From an uncultured bacterium (lineage in GTDB: Bacteria; Planctomycetota; Planctomycetia; Pirellulales; PALSA-1355), in assembly GCA_937975685.1 (NCBI GenBank), contig CALJUG010000046.1, positions 84 through 64,083 on the forward strand: a DNA stretch of 64,000 nucleotides, read 5' to 3'. Under the pieces are notes generated by a model, which did not search any database, was not told the origin of the DNA, and saw nothing but the letters and a program-made list of their open reading frames with translations. Both the position numbers and the translations under genes were made by a program. Below are positions 18,781-29,986 of this stretch, in pieces. Every line of letters starts with the position of its first letter. The first letter of the stretch is position 1.

Positions 18781-19980
18781 CTATTGGCTGCCGCCTAGCG
18801 GCCACTTGGTGCCGGGGCTGCGTTCGATGGCCCCCCGCACGCCGAGCAGCTCGGGATGCCGCGCGATGCGGTCGGAGAAGACGCGCACGTCGGCGATGAT
18901 CGGCTTCAGCTCGCGCGTGACGCACTCGATGTTGCGCGAGGCGGCGCTGAGGTTGTTGTACAGTTCCTGGTCGGTCATCAGCTTGCCCAGGGTGCCCTGC
19001 CCGCTGTTGAGCTTACGCCCGAAATCCGAGAGCAGTCCCAGCAACTCGTCGAGCCGGGCGACCGACTGATCGACGCGGGCCACGATCGTATCGCCCCGCT
19101 CGCCGAGCGGCCCGGTCAGGCCTTCCAGGTTGCGCAGGTTGCGGTCGACGCCTTCAAACGTAGTGCGCATGGTCGTGATCGTGGTGCGGCTTTCCTCGAA
19201 CAACTCGGGCAGGCCTTCGATTGTTCTGCGCAGGTTGTTGCGCACCTCCTCGTCGCCCATCACGTCGTTGATGTTGTTCATCGCCACCTGGAAGGATTTC
19301 ACGGCTTCCTCGGTCTCGGCGATGATGCGATTGATCTGCTGATCGTTGTCCTCGAGCAGGCTGTTGAAGTTCGAGGCCAGGGCGCTGACTTCGTCGCCGG
19401 CCTGCGAGAGGGCCCTGATGGCCTTGTTCAAATCGCCCTGCATCTCGCTGAACACCTGGAAGGCGTTGGGAGCCACTTCGCCCTCGATGTAGTCGTTGGG
19501 CTGAATGAGCTCGTTGGCCCCCTGCGCCCTGATCGGCTGCTGGTCGCCGGGCGGCGGCTCGCCATCCTCCTGGAACGAAGTCTTTTCCTCGACCGTAGGC
19601 GGCGAGGGCGCCACAGGCGCATTGGGCGAGCGGTGCACAAACTGGATCGTGACATCGCCTCCCAACAGCGAACCGCTGACCTGCGGCACTTCGTCCCGGT
19701 AGAGCTTCACGTCGCGATCGATCTCGGCCTCGACAATTACGCCCCCCTGCTCCGCAAACCGCACGCTGAGCACCTTGCCGATCAGGATGCCGCTCTTGCG
19801 CACCGGCGTCCCCTCGCTGACGCCGGGGGCGTCGCTGAAGTGCATGTAGATCACATAATGCCGCGTCAGCACTCCCGTGTCGCCGAACAGCAACACCAGA
19901 ATGCCGGCGATGATCAAGGTCGATAAGACCATGACCCCGACGCGGAAGTTGATCACTCGTTGGTCCATAGCACCGCTCAA
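18781..19980 (-). CDS. mlaD: MlaD/MCE-family substrate-binding protein of an ABC lipid transporter
   Basis: N-terminal TM anchor (FRVGVMVLSTLIIAGILVLLFG) and MCE domain (FSDAPGVSEGTPVRKSGILIGKV), followed by a long coiled-coil tail. Last gene of the mlaE-mlaF-mlaD order. Confidence 0.8.
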   Translation of the reverse strand: MSGAMDQRVINFRVGVMVLSTLIIAGILVLLFGDTGVLTRHYVIYMHFSDAPGVSEGTPVRKSGILIGKVLSVRFAEQGGVIVEAEIDRDVKLYRDEVPQVSGSLLGGDVTIQFVHRSPNAPVAPSPPTVEEKTSFQEDGEPPPGDQQPIRAQGANELIQPNDYIEGEVAPNAFQVFSEMQGDLNKAIRALSQAGDEVSALASNFNSLLEDNDQQINRIIAETEEAVKSFQVAMNNINDVMGDEEVRNNLRRTIEGLPELFEESRTTITTMRTTFEGVDRNLRNLEGLTGPLGERGDTIVARVDQSVARLDELLGLLSDFGRKLNSGQGTLGKLMTDQELYNNLSAASRNIECVTRELKPIIADVRVFSDRIARHPELLGVRGAIERSPGTKWPLGGSQ

Positions 19981-20026
19981 CGCTCGCCGGCCGGCTTGAT
20001 GCCGGTCGGGCTGGCTCGCTTCTTCC

Positions 20027-20875
20027 TCAGCTCTGTTGTTCAGCCATCTTGCGCAATTCCATGAGTCGTTCGCCCGCTTCGCCGTGTACGAATTGGGTCA
20101 CGCGCTCGTCGCCCGAATCGTCGATCTGCTTCGGCGACCCGTCGAAGATCACTTGTGGTTCGTCGGATCGCAGCCGGGCAAGCGGGTACAGCATGATCAC
20201 CCGGTCGCCTACCTTGCGCGCGGTGCGCATGTCGTGCGTCACCACGATGCTGGTGACCGGCCGCTGCCCGCGCGTGCGCAGAATCAATTCGTTGATCACG
20301 TCGCTCATGATGGGATCGAGCCCGGTCGTGGGCTCGTCGTAGAGCATCACCTCGGGCTCAAGCGCCAAAGCCCGGGCCAGGCCCACGCGCTTGCGCATGC
20401 CGCCCGAGAGTTCGGCGGGTTTTTTCGAGATGACGCTCTCGGGCAGCCCCACTTCGGCCAGCCGGGCATGCACGATTTCGTCGATTTCCGCGCGGGAACG
20501 TTTGGCCTCGAGCAGCGGGAAAGCCACGTTCTGACCCACCGTCATGCTGTCGAACAGGGCCGCCTGCTGAAACACGAAGCCGAACCGCGTGCGCCGCTTG
20601 GTCAGTTCGGCGTCGTTCATGGCGTTCAGGTCCTGGCCGTCGAAATTCACCTGACCGCGCGTGGGACGCACCAGCGCGATCGTCGTCTTAAGCAGCACCG
20701 TCTTGCCGCAGCCGCTTTCACCGATGATGACCAGCGTCTGGCCGCGCGGAATCGAAACGTCGATCTGCCGCAACACGCCGTGGCCGTTGAACGCGACGTC
20801 GACGCTGCGCAATTGCACCATCGGCGGACGGTCCCGCGACGAATTCTCGAATGGATTGTCCTTGGCGTGCATCAT
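20027..20875 (-). CDS. mlaF: ABC transporter ATP-binding protein (MlaF-like)
   Basis: Walker A GESGCGKT, signature LSGGMRKRVGLARAL, Walker B MLYDEPTTGLD. Confidence 0.85.
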   Translation of the reverse strand: MMHAKDNPFENSSRDRPPMVQLRSVDVAFNGHGVLRQIDVSIPRGQTLVIIGESGCGKTVLLKTTIALVRPTRGQVNFDGQDLNAMNDAELTKRRTRFGFVFQQAALFDSMTVGQNVAFPLLEAKRSRAEIDEIVHARLAEVGLPESVISKKPAELSGGMRKRVGLARALALEPEVMLYDEPTTGLDPIMSDVINELILRTRGQRPVTSIVVTHDMRTARKVGDRVIMLYPLARLRSDEPQVIFDGSPKQIDDSGDERVTQFVHGEAGERLMELRKMAEQQS

Positions 20876-20885
20876 CTACGTCCAA

Positions 20886-21749
20886 CTACAACAGGTTCGA
20901 TCCGTCGGGCCACAGCATCAGGTAAAAGCGGTCCGACGCGATCCCCAAGAAGAAGTCGAGAATCAGGATCAACACGAACGAGATCACAAAGGCACTAGTC
21001 GCCGCCCGGCCCACGCCCTCGGCGCCCGGGTCGCAGTGGAAGCCGCGGTAACAGCTCACGATGGCGATCGCCGCGCCGAAGAACAAGCTTTTGAACACGC
21101 CGGAAAACACGTCGAAGATGCCCACGTAAGCACGCGAGTTTTCCAGGTAGTGGTGCGAGTCGATGCCCAGCATGTAGACGCTGTAAAAGTAGCCGCCGGC
21201 CACGCCCATGAAGTCGGCCATGATCGTGAGGCTGGGAATCAGCACCAGGCAGGCCAAAAACCGCGGCACGACCAGGTAGTGAATCGGGTTGGCCCCCATG
21301 CTGATCAAGGCGTCGATTTGCTCGGTAACGCGCATCGTGCCCAGCTCGGCGGCCATGGCGCTGCCGACCCGGCCGGCCAGCATCGTGGCGGCCAGCACGG
21401 GCCCCAGCTCGCGCACCAGCGACATGTTGATCACCGCGCCCAACCGCGTTTCCAGCCCCATCACGCGAAATTGGGAGTAGCTTTGCACGGCCAGCACCAT
21501 GCCGATGAAGGTGCCCGTCAGGCCCACCACGGGCAGGCTCAGCACGCCGATCTGGTAGAAGCTGGGCAGCAGCGTGTCGCCGCGCGGCCGCTTGCGGAAG
21601 ATCCACGCCAGCGTGCGGAGGAAAAAGTCCAATACGTCGGTGATGGAGAACGCCCACCCAATCACCAGCGAGCCGATCCCGCCGATCCAGTCGACGACGG
21701 CTTCGACGAACCCGCCGGAACGTGCTCGGGATATCGATGAAGCTGGCAT
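20886..21749 (-). CDS. mlaE: ABC transporter permease (MlaE-like)
   Basis: 287 aa polytopic protein. ELGPVLAATMLAGRVGSAMAAELGTMRVTEQIDAL is the characteristic MlaE/YrbE segment. Confidence 0.85.
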   Translation of the reverse strand: MPASSISRARSGGFVEAVVDWIGGIGSLVIGWAFSITDVLDFFLRTLAWIFRKRPRGDTLLPSFYQIGVLSLPVVGLTGTFIGMVLAVQSYSQFRVMGLETRLGAVINMSLVRELGPVLAATMLAGRVGSAMAAELGTMRVTEQIDALISMGANPIHYLVVPRFLACLVLIPSLTIMADFMGVAGGYFYSVYMLGIDSHHYLENSRAYVGIFDVFSGVFKSLFFGAAIAIVSCYRGFHCDPGAEGVGRAATSAFVISFVLILILDFFLGIASDRFYLMLWPDGSNLL

Positions 21750-22003
21750 GCGAGTCCTTCCAACGCGGCGCGGCCAAGGCGCACCCTGCGCCCGGCTTCT
21801 AGTGATTCTTCGTCGCTGCTACCGTACCGCTTGAGAAAAGATTGCGGGTAAGTCGAAGACCACAGGCTAGGAAAGGCAGGAAAGGGCTACCGGTCGTCCT
21901 ACCGCCTGCTGATGGCGCCACGACTGCCAGCAGCCGCTTGCGGATCGACTGCTTTCCCCTGTCAATCGTATTGGCCCGGGTCAAGCGGCGCGCCGGCGTG
22001 CGG

Positions 22004-22044
22004 GCTCAAAGAAACGGCCCGGCACGCTCAAGACGTGCCGGGCC
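22004..22044 (-). terminator. rho-independent terminator downstream of clpC
   Basis: 12-bp GC stem CGGCCCGGCACG / CGTGCCGGGCCG (22014-22025 / 22033-22044) with a 7-nt loop. It is followed on the minus strand by TTTCTTTGAG and lies 41 nt past the clpC stop. Confidence 0.65.
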
Positions 22045-22084
22045 GTGAAGTTTCGTGCGTGCATTCGCCCGAGGGCGGCGGAAA

Positions 22085-24637
<2,553 letters not shown>

Positions 24638-24813
24638 GTTGCTCTCCGTTGAGGCGGTTCCCCGCTGCGGCCTGGCCGCGGAGATATCGCTTGGTTGGAT
24701 AACCTCGGTCTTGCTCGCCTGCTAATCTAATGATGCGCTTCGAATCCGGTTCGGAACGTGTCGCCGCGGGTTTTCCGCGACAATTCGCCTCGGCCCGCGC
24801 CCGGCATGTCCTC

Positions 24814-25416
24814 TTAGGCAGCCCGCTGCGCGTCGGCGTTTTGGCCATCTGGGGAAGGGTTGTCGATGGCGAGGGTTGCATCGGCAGCGGGCATTTGTTC
24901 CCGAGCCTCGGCAATCCATTGGCGTTCGACGGCGATCTCCCGAGCCCACGTTTGCGCGTCTCTTAATAGTTCCAATCGGGTCAATTGTTCGAGGGCAGCT
25001 TCGTACCGCCGGTTGTGCCGCAAGAGCGTGGCCAGCAACAGCCGTCCCTCGACGTCGCGAGGATGCGCTTGCAGCAATCCGGCGAGAATCCGCTCCGCCT
25101 CGAACCAGTTCTCCTTCAGGTATTCGTTCAATGCCTCGCGAAACATTGCCTCGGCCGTGGCCGCTTTTCTGGGCGAGAGTCCCACCCCGAACCAGGCTGA
25201 CAGGACCGCCGAGCTGAACCAAACCAGCCCGAGGCACCCCCACGCCAGCCGCAGAAATCCGGGATTGAACCACTCCACCCAGACGAAGCTTGCCAGCACC
25301 AGCACGTTCAGCGCGACCGCAAAGCCGACCGCCAGGGCCAGACCCCACCAGGTTCCCAGATGCCACAATTGGGGCAATCCAGGCCAAAGGCATGTCATCC
25401 ACGGCATCCGTACCAT
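24814..25416 (-). CDS. membrane protein with C-terminal TPR-like region
   Basis: Start at MVRMPWMTCLWPGL. Three hydrophobic helices are followed by a TPR-like segment (EAMFREALNEYLKENWFEAERILAGLLQAHPRDVEGRLLLATLLRHNRRYEAALEQL). Confidence 0.6.
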   Translation of the reverse strand: MVRMPWMTCLWPGLPQLWHLGTWWGLALAVGFAVALNVLVLASFVWVEWFNPGFLRLAWGCLGLVWFSSAVLSAWFGVGLSPRKAATAEAMFREALNEYLKENWFEAERILAGLLQAHPRDVEGRLLLATLLRHNRRYEAALEQLTRLELLRDAQTWAREIAVERQWIAEAREQMPAADATLAIDNPSPDGQNADAQRAA

Positions 25417-25688
25417 GGCAGAAGGCTCCCGTCCGGCTGAAGCGCCGCCGGCTGTCGACGGCATGCAACGCCACGGAATTCTAACTCTTGGAAGCACTTG
25501 GAGCAAGGCAACTGAATGCGCTGCTTGGAGTTAGACACTGGACGAAACTTAGCGACGCTGGCACGATAGCCGTACAATCGCCACAGACGTCGGCTCACGC
25601 GGTGGATTTCGACGCGAGTCCGTCTGCAACTGTCGTATCAGGTGTTGCGCAGAGGCAGACCACGGCGACACTTGGAAAAAGATGCCCC

Positions 25689-27257
25689 ATGTCCCATCAA
25701 TTTACCCCGGCCGCCGAACGAGCCCTGGCCGCGGCCGCCCGCTTTCGCTCGCAGGCGGCCGGCGACGACCTCGATTTGCCCGAAGTGCTGCTAGGACTCT
25801 TAGCCGAACCGGAATGCCGCGCCGCCCTGATGCTGGCCCAATTCGACATCGACGCCGCTGCCGTCGAGCGGCGTTTCCCCTCGCTCGAGGCTCGCGCCGC
25901 GGGCCCCCAGGGCGAGATTCGCTTCTCGCCCGAGTGGTCCGCCTGTCTCGACGCGGCCGAGGACCTGCTGCACGAGCACCCCAAACCCCTGGAGTTGGCC
26001 ACCGAGCACCTGCTCTTGGGACTCACGGCCACGGACAACGACGTGTCGCGATGGTTGGCCGAGTGCGGAATGTATTGCGACGCGCTCGAAGCCGAAGTGC
26101 ATCGGCTGGCCGGACACGAGCCGGGACCGTTGCCGCTGGACATCGATGCGAGTCCGCCGCGCTTCACGCGCGTCGCGCCGTCTTCCGTCGAACCGCCCCC
26201 GCCGCCAGCGGCTACCCCTGGGGAGCGCATTGCCACGCTGCGCATCATCGACGCCGCGGCGAATCGGGCCGGCGAGGGCCTGCGCGTCGTCGAAGACTAT
26301 CTCCGCTTCGCCCTGGACGACCGGCACCTCACCGAAACGTGCAAGAGCCTGCGCCATGCGCTCACCGAGGCGCTGGGCGAGATACCCGCCAGCGAGCGGC
26401 ACGCCGCGCGCGAAACGCAGCAAGACGTCGGCACCGATATCCGCCTGGCGGAAGAACAAACGCGCACCAGCTCAGCGGCCGTGGTCGGGGCCAGCTTCAA
26501 ACGCGTCGAGCAGGCGCTGCGCAGCCTGGAAGAGTATTCTAAAACAGACTGGCCCACGGCCGCCGCGCATTTGGAGCAGTTGCGTTATCGGGCATACACG
26601 CTGGAACGGGCCGTCGACATCACGCGCACGAGCTTGCAGCGGCTGGCCGACGCGCGGCTCTACGTGCTCGTCGACGGAGGCACGTCGCCCGAGGCGTTTG
26701 CCTCGCTAGTCGAGTCGCTCGTGGCTGCCGGCGCGTCGATACTGCAATTGCGCGACAAGAACTTGACGGATCGGGAGCTGGTCGCTCGGGCACGGCAACT
26801 GCGCACGCTCACGTCTGGCACCGCAACGCTGTTCATCGTAAACGATCGGTCCGACGTGGCCGTGCTCTCCGGCGCCGACGGCGTGCACGTCGGACAAGAA
26901 GAACTCAGCGTCCGCGACGCGCGACGCATGCTCGGGCCGCGCGGCCTGGTCGGCGTGTCGACCCATTCGCTCGACCAGGCGCGGCAGGCCGTGCTGGACG
27001 GGGCCGACTACATCGGCGTCGGGCCCACGTTTCCTTCCGGCACGAAGCACTTCGACGCCTTCCCGGGTTGCGAGTTGCTCAGCGCCGTGCACGAAGAGAT
27101 TCGCCTGCCGGCGTTCGCCATCGGAGGCATCACGGCCGAGAATCTGCCGCAGGTGCTGGCCACGGGGTTCGAGCGGATCGCCGTGGGCGGAGCCGTGACC
27201 GGGGCCGGCGATCCGGCGCACAGCGCTCGGCAGTTGCTTGCCAGGCTTACTCGGTAG
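25689..27257 (+). CDS. thiE: thiamine-phosphate synthase fused to an N-terminal Clp_N-like double repeat and a central helical (ThiD2-like?) domain
   Basis: C-terminus: LYVLVDG...ILQLRDK...FIVNDR.DVA...ADGVHVGQEEL...GVSTH...ADYIGVGPTFPSGTK...AIGGI is the ThiE pattern. N-terminus has two Clp R-type repeats (FTPAAERAL...PEVLLGLLAE; ...ATEHLLLGLTA). Confidence 0.8.
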   Translation: MSHQFTPAAERALAAAARFRSQAAGDDLDLPEVLLGLLAEPECRAALMLAQFDIDAAAVERRFPSLEARAAGPQGEIRFSPEWSACLDAAEDLLHEHPKPLELATEHLLLGLTATDNDVSRWLAECGMYCDALEAEVHRLAGHEPGPLPLDIDASPPRFTRVAPSSVEPPPPPAATPGERIATLRIIDAAANRAGEGLRVVEDYLRFALDDRHLTETCKSLRHALTEALGEIPASERHAARETQQDVGTDIRLAEEQTRTSSAAVVGASFKRVEQALRSLEEYSKTDWPTAAAHLEQLRYRAYTLERAVDITRTSLQRLADARLYVLVDGGTSPEAFASLVESLVAAGASILQLRDKNLTDRELVARARQLRTLTSGTATLFIVNDRSDVAVLSGADGVHVGQEELSVRDARRMLGPRGLVGVSTHSLDQARQAVLDGADYIGVGPTFPSGTKHFDAFPGCELLSAVHEEIRLPAFAIGGITAENLPQVLATGFERIAVGGAVTGAGDPAHSARQLLARLTR

Positions 27258-27939
27258 CCGTCGGCAGCACGTCCTCGTGCGGATGCGGATGCCGGTGTGG
27301 GTGCGCGTGGTCCGACGGCAAGCTTTCGTCGAGCAGCTTCTGGATCATCGTGTCCATGCCGTTGATGGAGCGGGGATCGAACCCCATCCACACGCCGCGG
27401 ACGATGCCTTGCCGGTCGAGAATCATCGTGGTGGGGTAGGCCATCTGGAACTTGAACTGCGCGATCATCGCCTGACGGCTGCTGGCGTCCTCGTCGGCAT
27501 AAGTCGGCAGCGTCGCGTCGCGCTGCTTGAGAAACGCCTCGGTCTTTTCGGTCAGCTCGTCCAGGTTCTCGACCCCGCCGGAGCCGCAGGAAACGGCGTA
27601 CAGGCGAAAGTCCTCCTGGTCGCCATACTTCTCGGCCAGGTCGACGATGTGAGGAAACTCCTGGATGCAGGGCGGGCACCAGGTGCCCCAATAGTTGATC
27701 AGGGTCACCCGGCCGTCGAGATCTTCCGCCGTGACCGCCTGGGCATCGCCGGTGAGCGGCTCGAGCTTCAGGTAGCCGAGACGCTGGCCGACGCCCGGCC
27801 CCTGGTCGCCCGGAAGCTCGGGACCGGGTCGCGTGACGAGCACGATGTACAGCAGGATGCCGCCGGCCAGGATGGCCAGCGTGACCCAGTAGCTGACGGG
27901 GCGTGCTTCGCGGTCGGCAGGTTGGTCAGTTGCATCCAT
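27247..27939 (-). CDS. TlpA-family thiol:disulfide oxidoreductase, membrane-anchored, with His-rich C-terminal tail
   Basis: ATG at 27939 (MDATDQP), one TM helix, and the thioredoxin motif INYWGTWCPPCIQEFP. The tail is SDHAHPHRHPHPHED. The stop overlaps the convergent thiE-fusion stop by 11 nt. Confidence 0.85.
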   Translation of the reverse strand: MDATDQPADREARPVSYWVTLAILAGGILLYIVLVTRPGPELPGDQGPGVGQRLGYLKLEPLTGDAQAVTAEDLDGRVTLINYWGTWCPPCIQEFPHIVDLAEKYGDQEDFRLYAVSCGSGGVENLDELTEKTEAFLKQRDATLPTYADEDASSRQAMIAQFKFQMAYPTTMILDRQGIVRGVWMGFDPRSINGMDTMIQKLLDESLPSDHAHPHRHPHPHEDVLPTATE

Positions 27940-27988
27940 CCGTCGTGTCTCCCAGAATGGGTGGCGTCTTCCCCACGAGAGAAACGCC

Positions 27989-28561
27989 ATGGCGATTGAA
28001 GTCGAACAGAAGTTTCCCCTCGACGACATGGCAGCCGTCGAGCACGAGCTCAAGGAGTTGGGCACGCGGCTGGGCAAGTCACAGGCCCAGGTCGACTGCT
28101 ACTTCGCACATCCCCAGCGCGATTTCGCCGAAACCGACGAGGCCTTTCGCCTGCGCCGCGTCGGAGCCCTCACCTATCTTACCTTTAAGGGACCCAAGCT
28201 GGACGCCACAAGCAAGACCCGTCAAGAAATTGAAGTTCCCCTGGCCAGCGGCGATCAACCCGCGTCCGACGCGGCTGAACTATTTGAAGCGCTGGGATTT
28301 CGCCGCGTGCTGGAGGTTCGCAAGGATCGCCGTAACGCATCGCTCGAATGGCAGGGATTTAAGGTCGAAGTGGCGCTGGACCACGTTGTGGACTTGGGCG
28401 ACTTCGTCGAACTGGAGATTACCGCCGACGAGCAGAGCCGCGACGATGCCCTGTCCTCGTTGAACGCCCTGGCCAAACGGCTCAATCTGTCCAAGAGCGA
28501 GCGGCGCAGCTACTTGGAGCTGCTGCTGGAACACCAGGCCCAGCACGAGGGCGAGGGCTAG
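27989..28561 (+). CDS. CYTH-domain protein (class IV adenylate cyclase / triphosphatase family)
   Basis: MAIEVEQKFPL (the ExExK motif at the N-terminus), DEAFRLRR, and LTFKGPK are the CYTH/CyaB-like pattern. 190 aa. Confidence 0.75.
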   Translation: MAIEVEQKFPLDDMAAVEHELKELGTRLGKSQAQVDCYFAHPQRDFAETDEAFRLRRVGALTYLTFKGPKLDATSKTRQEIEVPLASGDQPASDAAELFEALGFRRVLEVRKDRRNASLEWQGFKVEVALDHVVDLGDFVELEITADEQSRDDALSSLNALAKRLNLSKSERRSYLELLLEHQAQHEGEG

Positions 28562-28689
28562 CTACGCCTGTAAGGTAGACTTTTTTCGACAAAATGTGAG
28601 CCTCGGGCAAAGTTGCTTGACTTTGCGGGCTACCCTGTCCGAAAATACCGCACGTCGACCTCGCACTCGATGGACGGATGCACCTGTAT

Positions 28690-29166
28690 ATGCTCTCACG
28701 CTTGGCACGGCACTTGGGACTTGCGGCACTGATCGCCAGCTTGGCGACCGCACCGGTCCTGGCCGCAACGCCGCGTTGCTGCAACACCGGCGCGATCGCC
28801 GGCGGCGGGAACTGCTGCTGCCGGGTCGAGTCCGAGCCTCTCGAGATCGCGACCCCCGCGAACGAGTCGACCTGCGAGGAACAGGCGCCCCGTTCGTGCT
28901 GTGCCCACAGCGAACCGGCCATCGAAGCGCCGGAGGCCGCCCAGTTGGCCATCGACTCGCGTTGCGGTTGCCAGATCCAAGCCCCGTTGCCGGCGTTGCC
29001 GGGAAGCGATCGCGCGGCGACGCGTCACAAGCAATCTCTCGTCGTCGTGTTGCCGCCGGAGGCCGATGACGTCGCGGCCGTGCAGATCATTCAGACGCGC
29101 GTCGCCGCTCAGGCGGAGCCGCCTCCAAGTTCGCTGCACAAGAAATACTGTCGCTGGACAGTCTGA
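28690..29166 (+). CDS. secreted Cys-cluster protein (11 Cys)
   Basis: Signal peptide MLSRLARHLGLAALIASLATAPVLA (alternative ATG at 28678). Clusters are PRCCNTG, GNCCCRV, STCEEQ, SCCAHSE, RCGCQIQ. Compositionally similar to the protein at 9978-10427. Confidence 0.6.
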   Translation: MLSRLARHLGLAALIASLATAPVLAATPRCCNTGAIAGGGNCCCRVESEPLEIATPANESTCEEQAPRSCCAHSEPAIEAPEAAQLAIDSRCGCQIQAPLPALPGSDRAATRHKQSLVVVLPPEADDVAAVQIIQTRVAAQAEPPPSSLHKKYCRWTV

Positions 29167-29334
29167 TGCGCTGACTCTGCGCGCGATCGCTTCATCGCGC
29201 GCATCTGCTTCGGAAGCTCTTTGTCTACGTACGAGTTTTTTCCGCAGGCTCAATAGCGCTTCGCCGAATGGGCAATTCGCGGCTGGGAGTGTGGCCCGCG
29301 GGATCGAGTCACCTTTTCGAAAGGAACCCTAGTT

Positions 29335-29781
29335 ATGAAGTTTCGTTTGCTCCTGGCGGCGGTCGCCGCCTGCTCGCTGTTTGCGATCAGCACCCTGCGT
29401 GCCGACGAAGAAAAGAAGCCCGAGCTGAAGTGCCCCGTGTCGGGCCAGCCGGCGAAGGCCGATCACACGGTGAAGTTCAACGGCGGCGAAGTCGAGTTCT
29501 GCTGCCCGAACTGCCCCAAGGCGTTTGAGAAGAACACCGAGAAGTTTGCCGGCAAGGCCAACCTGCAGTTGATCCAGACGGGTCAGTTGAAGCAGGTCAA
29601 GTGCCCGCTCACGGGCCGGCCGATGAATGATGCCAAGACGGTCGAAGTGGCCGACGGCGTCACCGTGGCCGTGTGCTGCAATGGCTGCCTGGGCAAAGCC
29701 AAAAAGGCCAGCGGCGACGAGTTGATCGTGCTGCTGCTGAGCGATACCTCGAAAGGCTTCGAGCCGGCCGAGAAGGAATAG
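29335..29781 (+). CDS. secreted protein with two YHS/TRASH-like Cys modules
   Basis: Signal peptide MKFRLLLAAVAACSLFAISTLRA. Modules are KCPVSGQPAKADHTVKFNGGEVEFCCPNCPKAFEKN and KCPLTGRPMNDAKTVEVADGVTVAVCCNGCLGKA. A strong terminator follows. Confidence 0.75.
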   Translation: MKFRLLLAAVAACSLFAISTLRADEEKKPELKCPVSGQPAKADHTVKFNGGEVEFCCPNCPKAFEKNTEKFAGKANLQLIQTGQLKQVKCPLTGRPMNDAKTVEVADGVTVAVCCNGCLGKAKKASGDELIVLLLSDTSKGFEPAEKE

Positions 29782-29811
29782 CGCGAGCGATCTCGCACGC
29801 GACATTTCGCT

Positions 29812-29848
29812 AGGGGGCGCTTCCTGTGGAAGCGCCCCCTGTTTTTTT
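29812..29848 (+). terminator. rho-independent terminator
   Basis: AGGGGGCGCTTCC-tgt-GGAAGCGCCCCCT (13-bp perfect stem) is followed by G + T7 (29842-29848). It lies 31 nt after the stop at 29781. Confidence 0.85.
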
Positions 29849-29986
29849 GCGCTTTGGTTTCGCGTGCTGGCGCCGGCAACTGCACTTTACGCTGTCACGC
29901 CGCTTTTGAGATACTTCGCGCCGTACGGATATCGGGCCTGAGCAGTGGACGGGCCGACTGCTCGGTCTGCGGCGCAAGGAGCACGG

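Noticed and set aside
21799-21984. 61-aa ORF in the mlaE-clpC spacer, and the 76-aa ORF 51377..51607 in the nuoA upstream region.
   Set aside because: Neither has an SD. Both have Arg-rich low-complexity composition and lie in regions better explained as promoter or terminator spacers.
25417-25688. Searched for a TPP (THI-box) riboswitch upstream of the thiE fusion gene.
   Set aside because: I could not find the conserved CUGAGA or ACCUGAUCUGGAUAAUGCCAGCG-type elements. The region reads as an ordinary divergent promoter spacer.
28703-28718. Near-consensus sigma-54 -24/-12 element TGGCACG-gcac-TTGG.
   Set aside because: It lies inside the signal-peptide coding region of the 28690-29166 ORF, and the -12 element is GG rather than GC. 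A start there would truncate the ORF, so it is probably a chance match.
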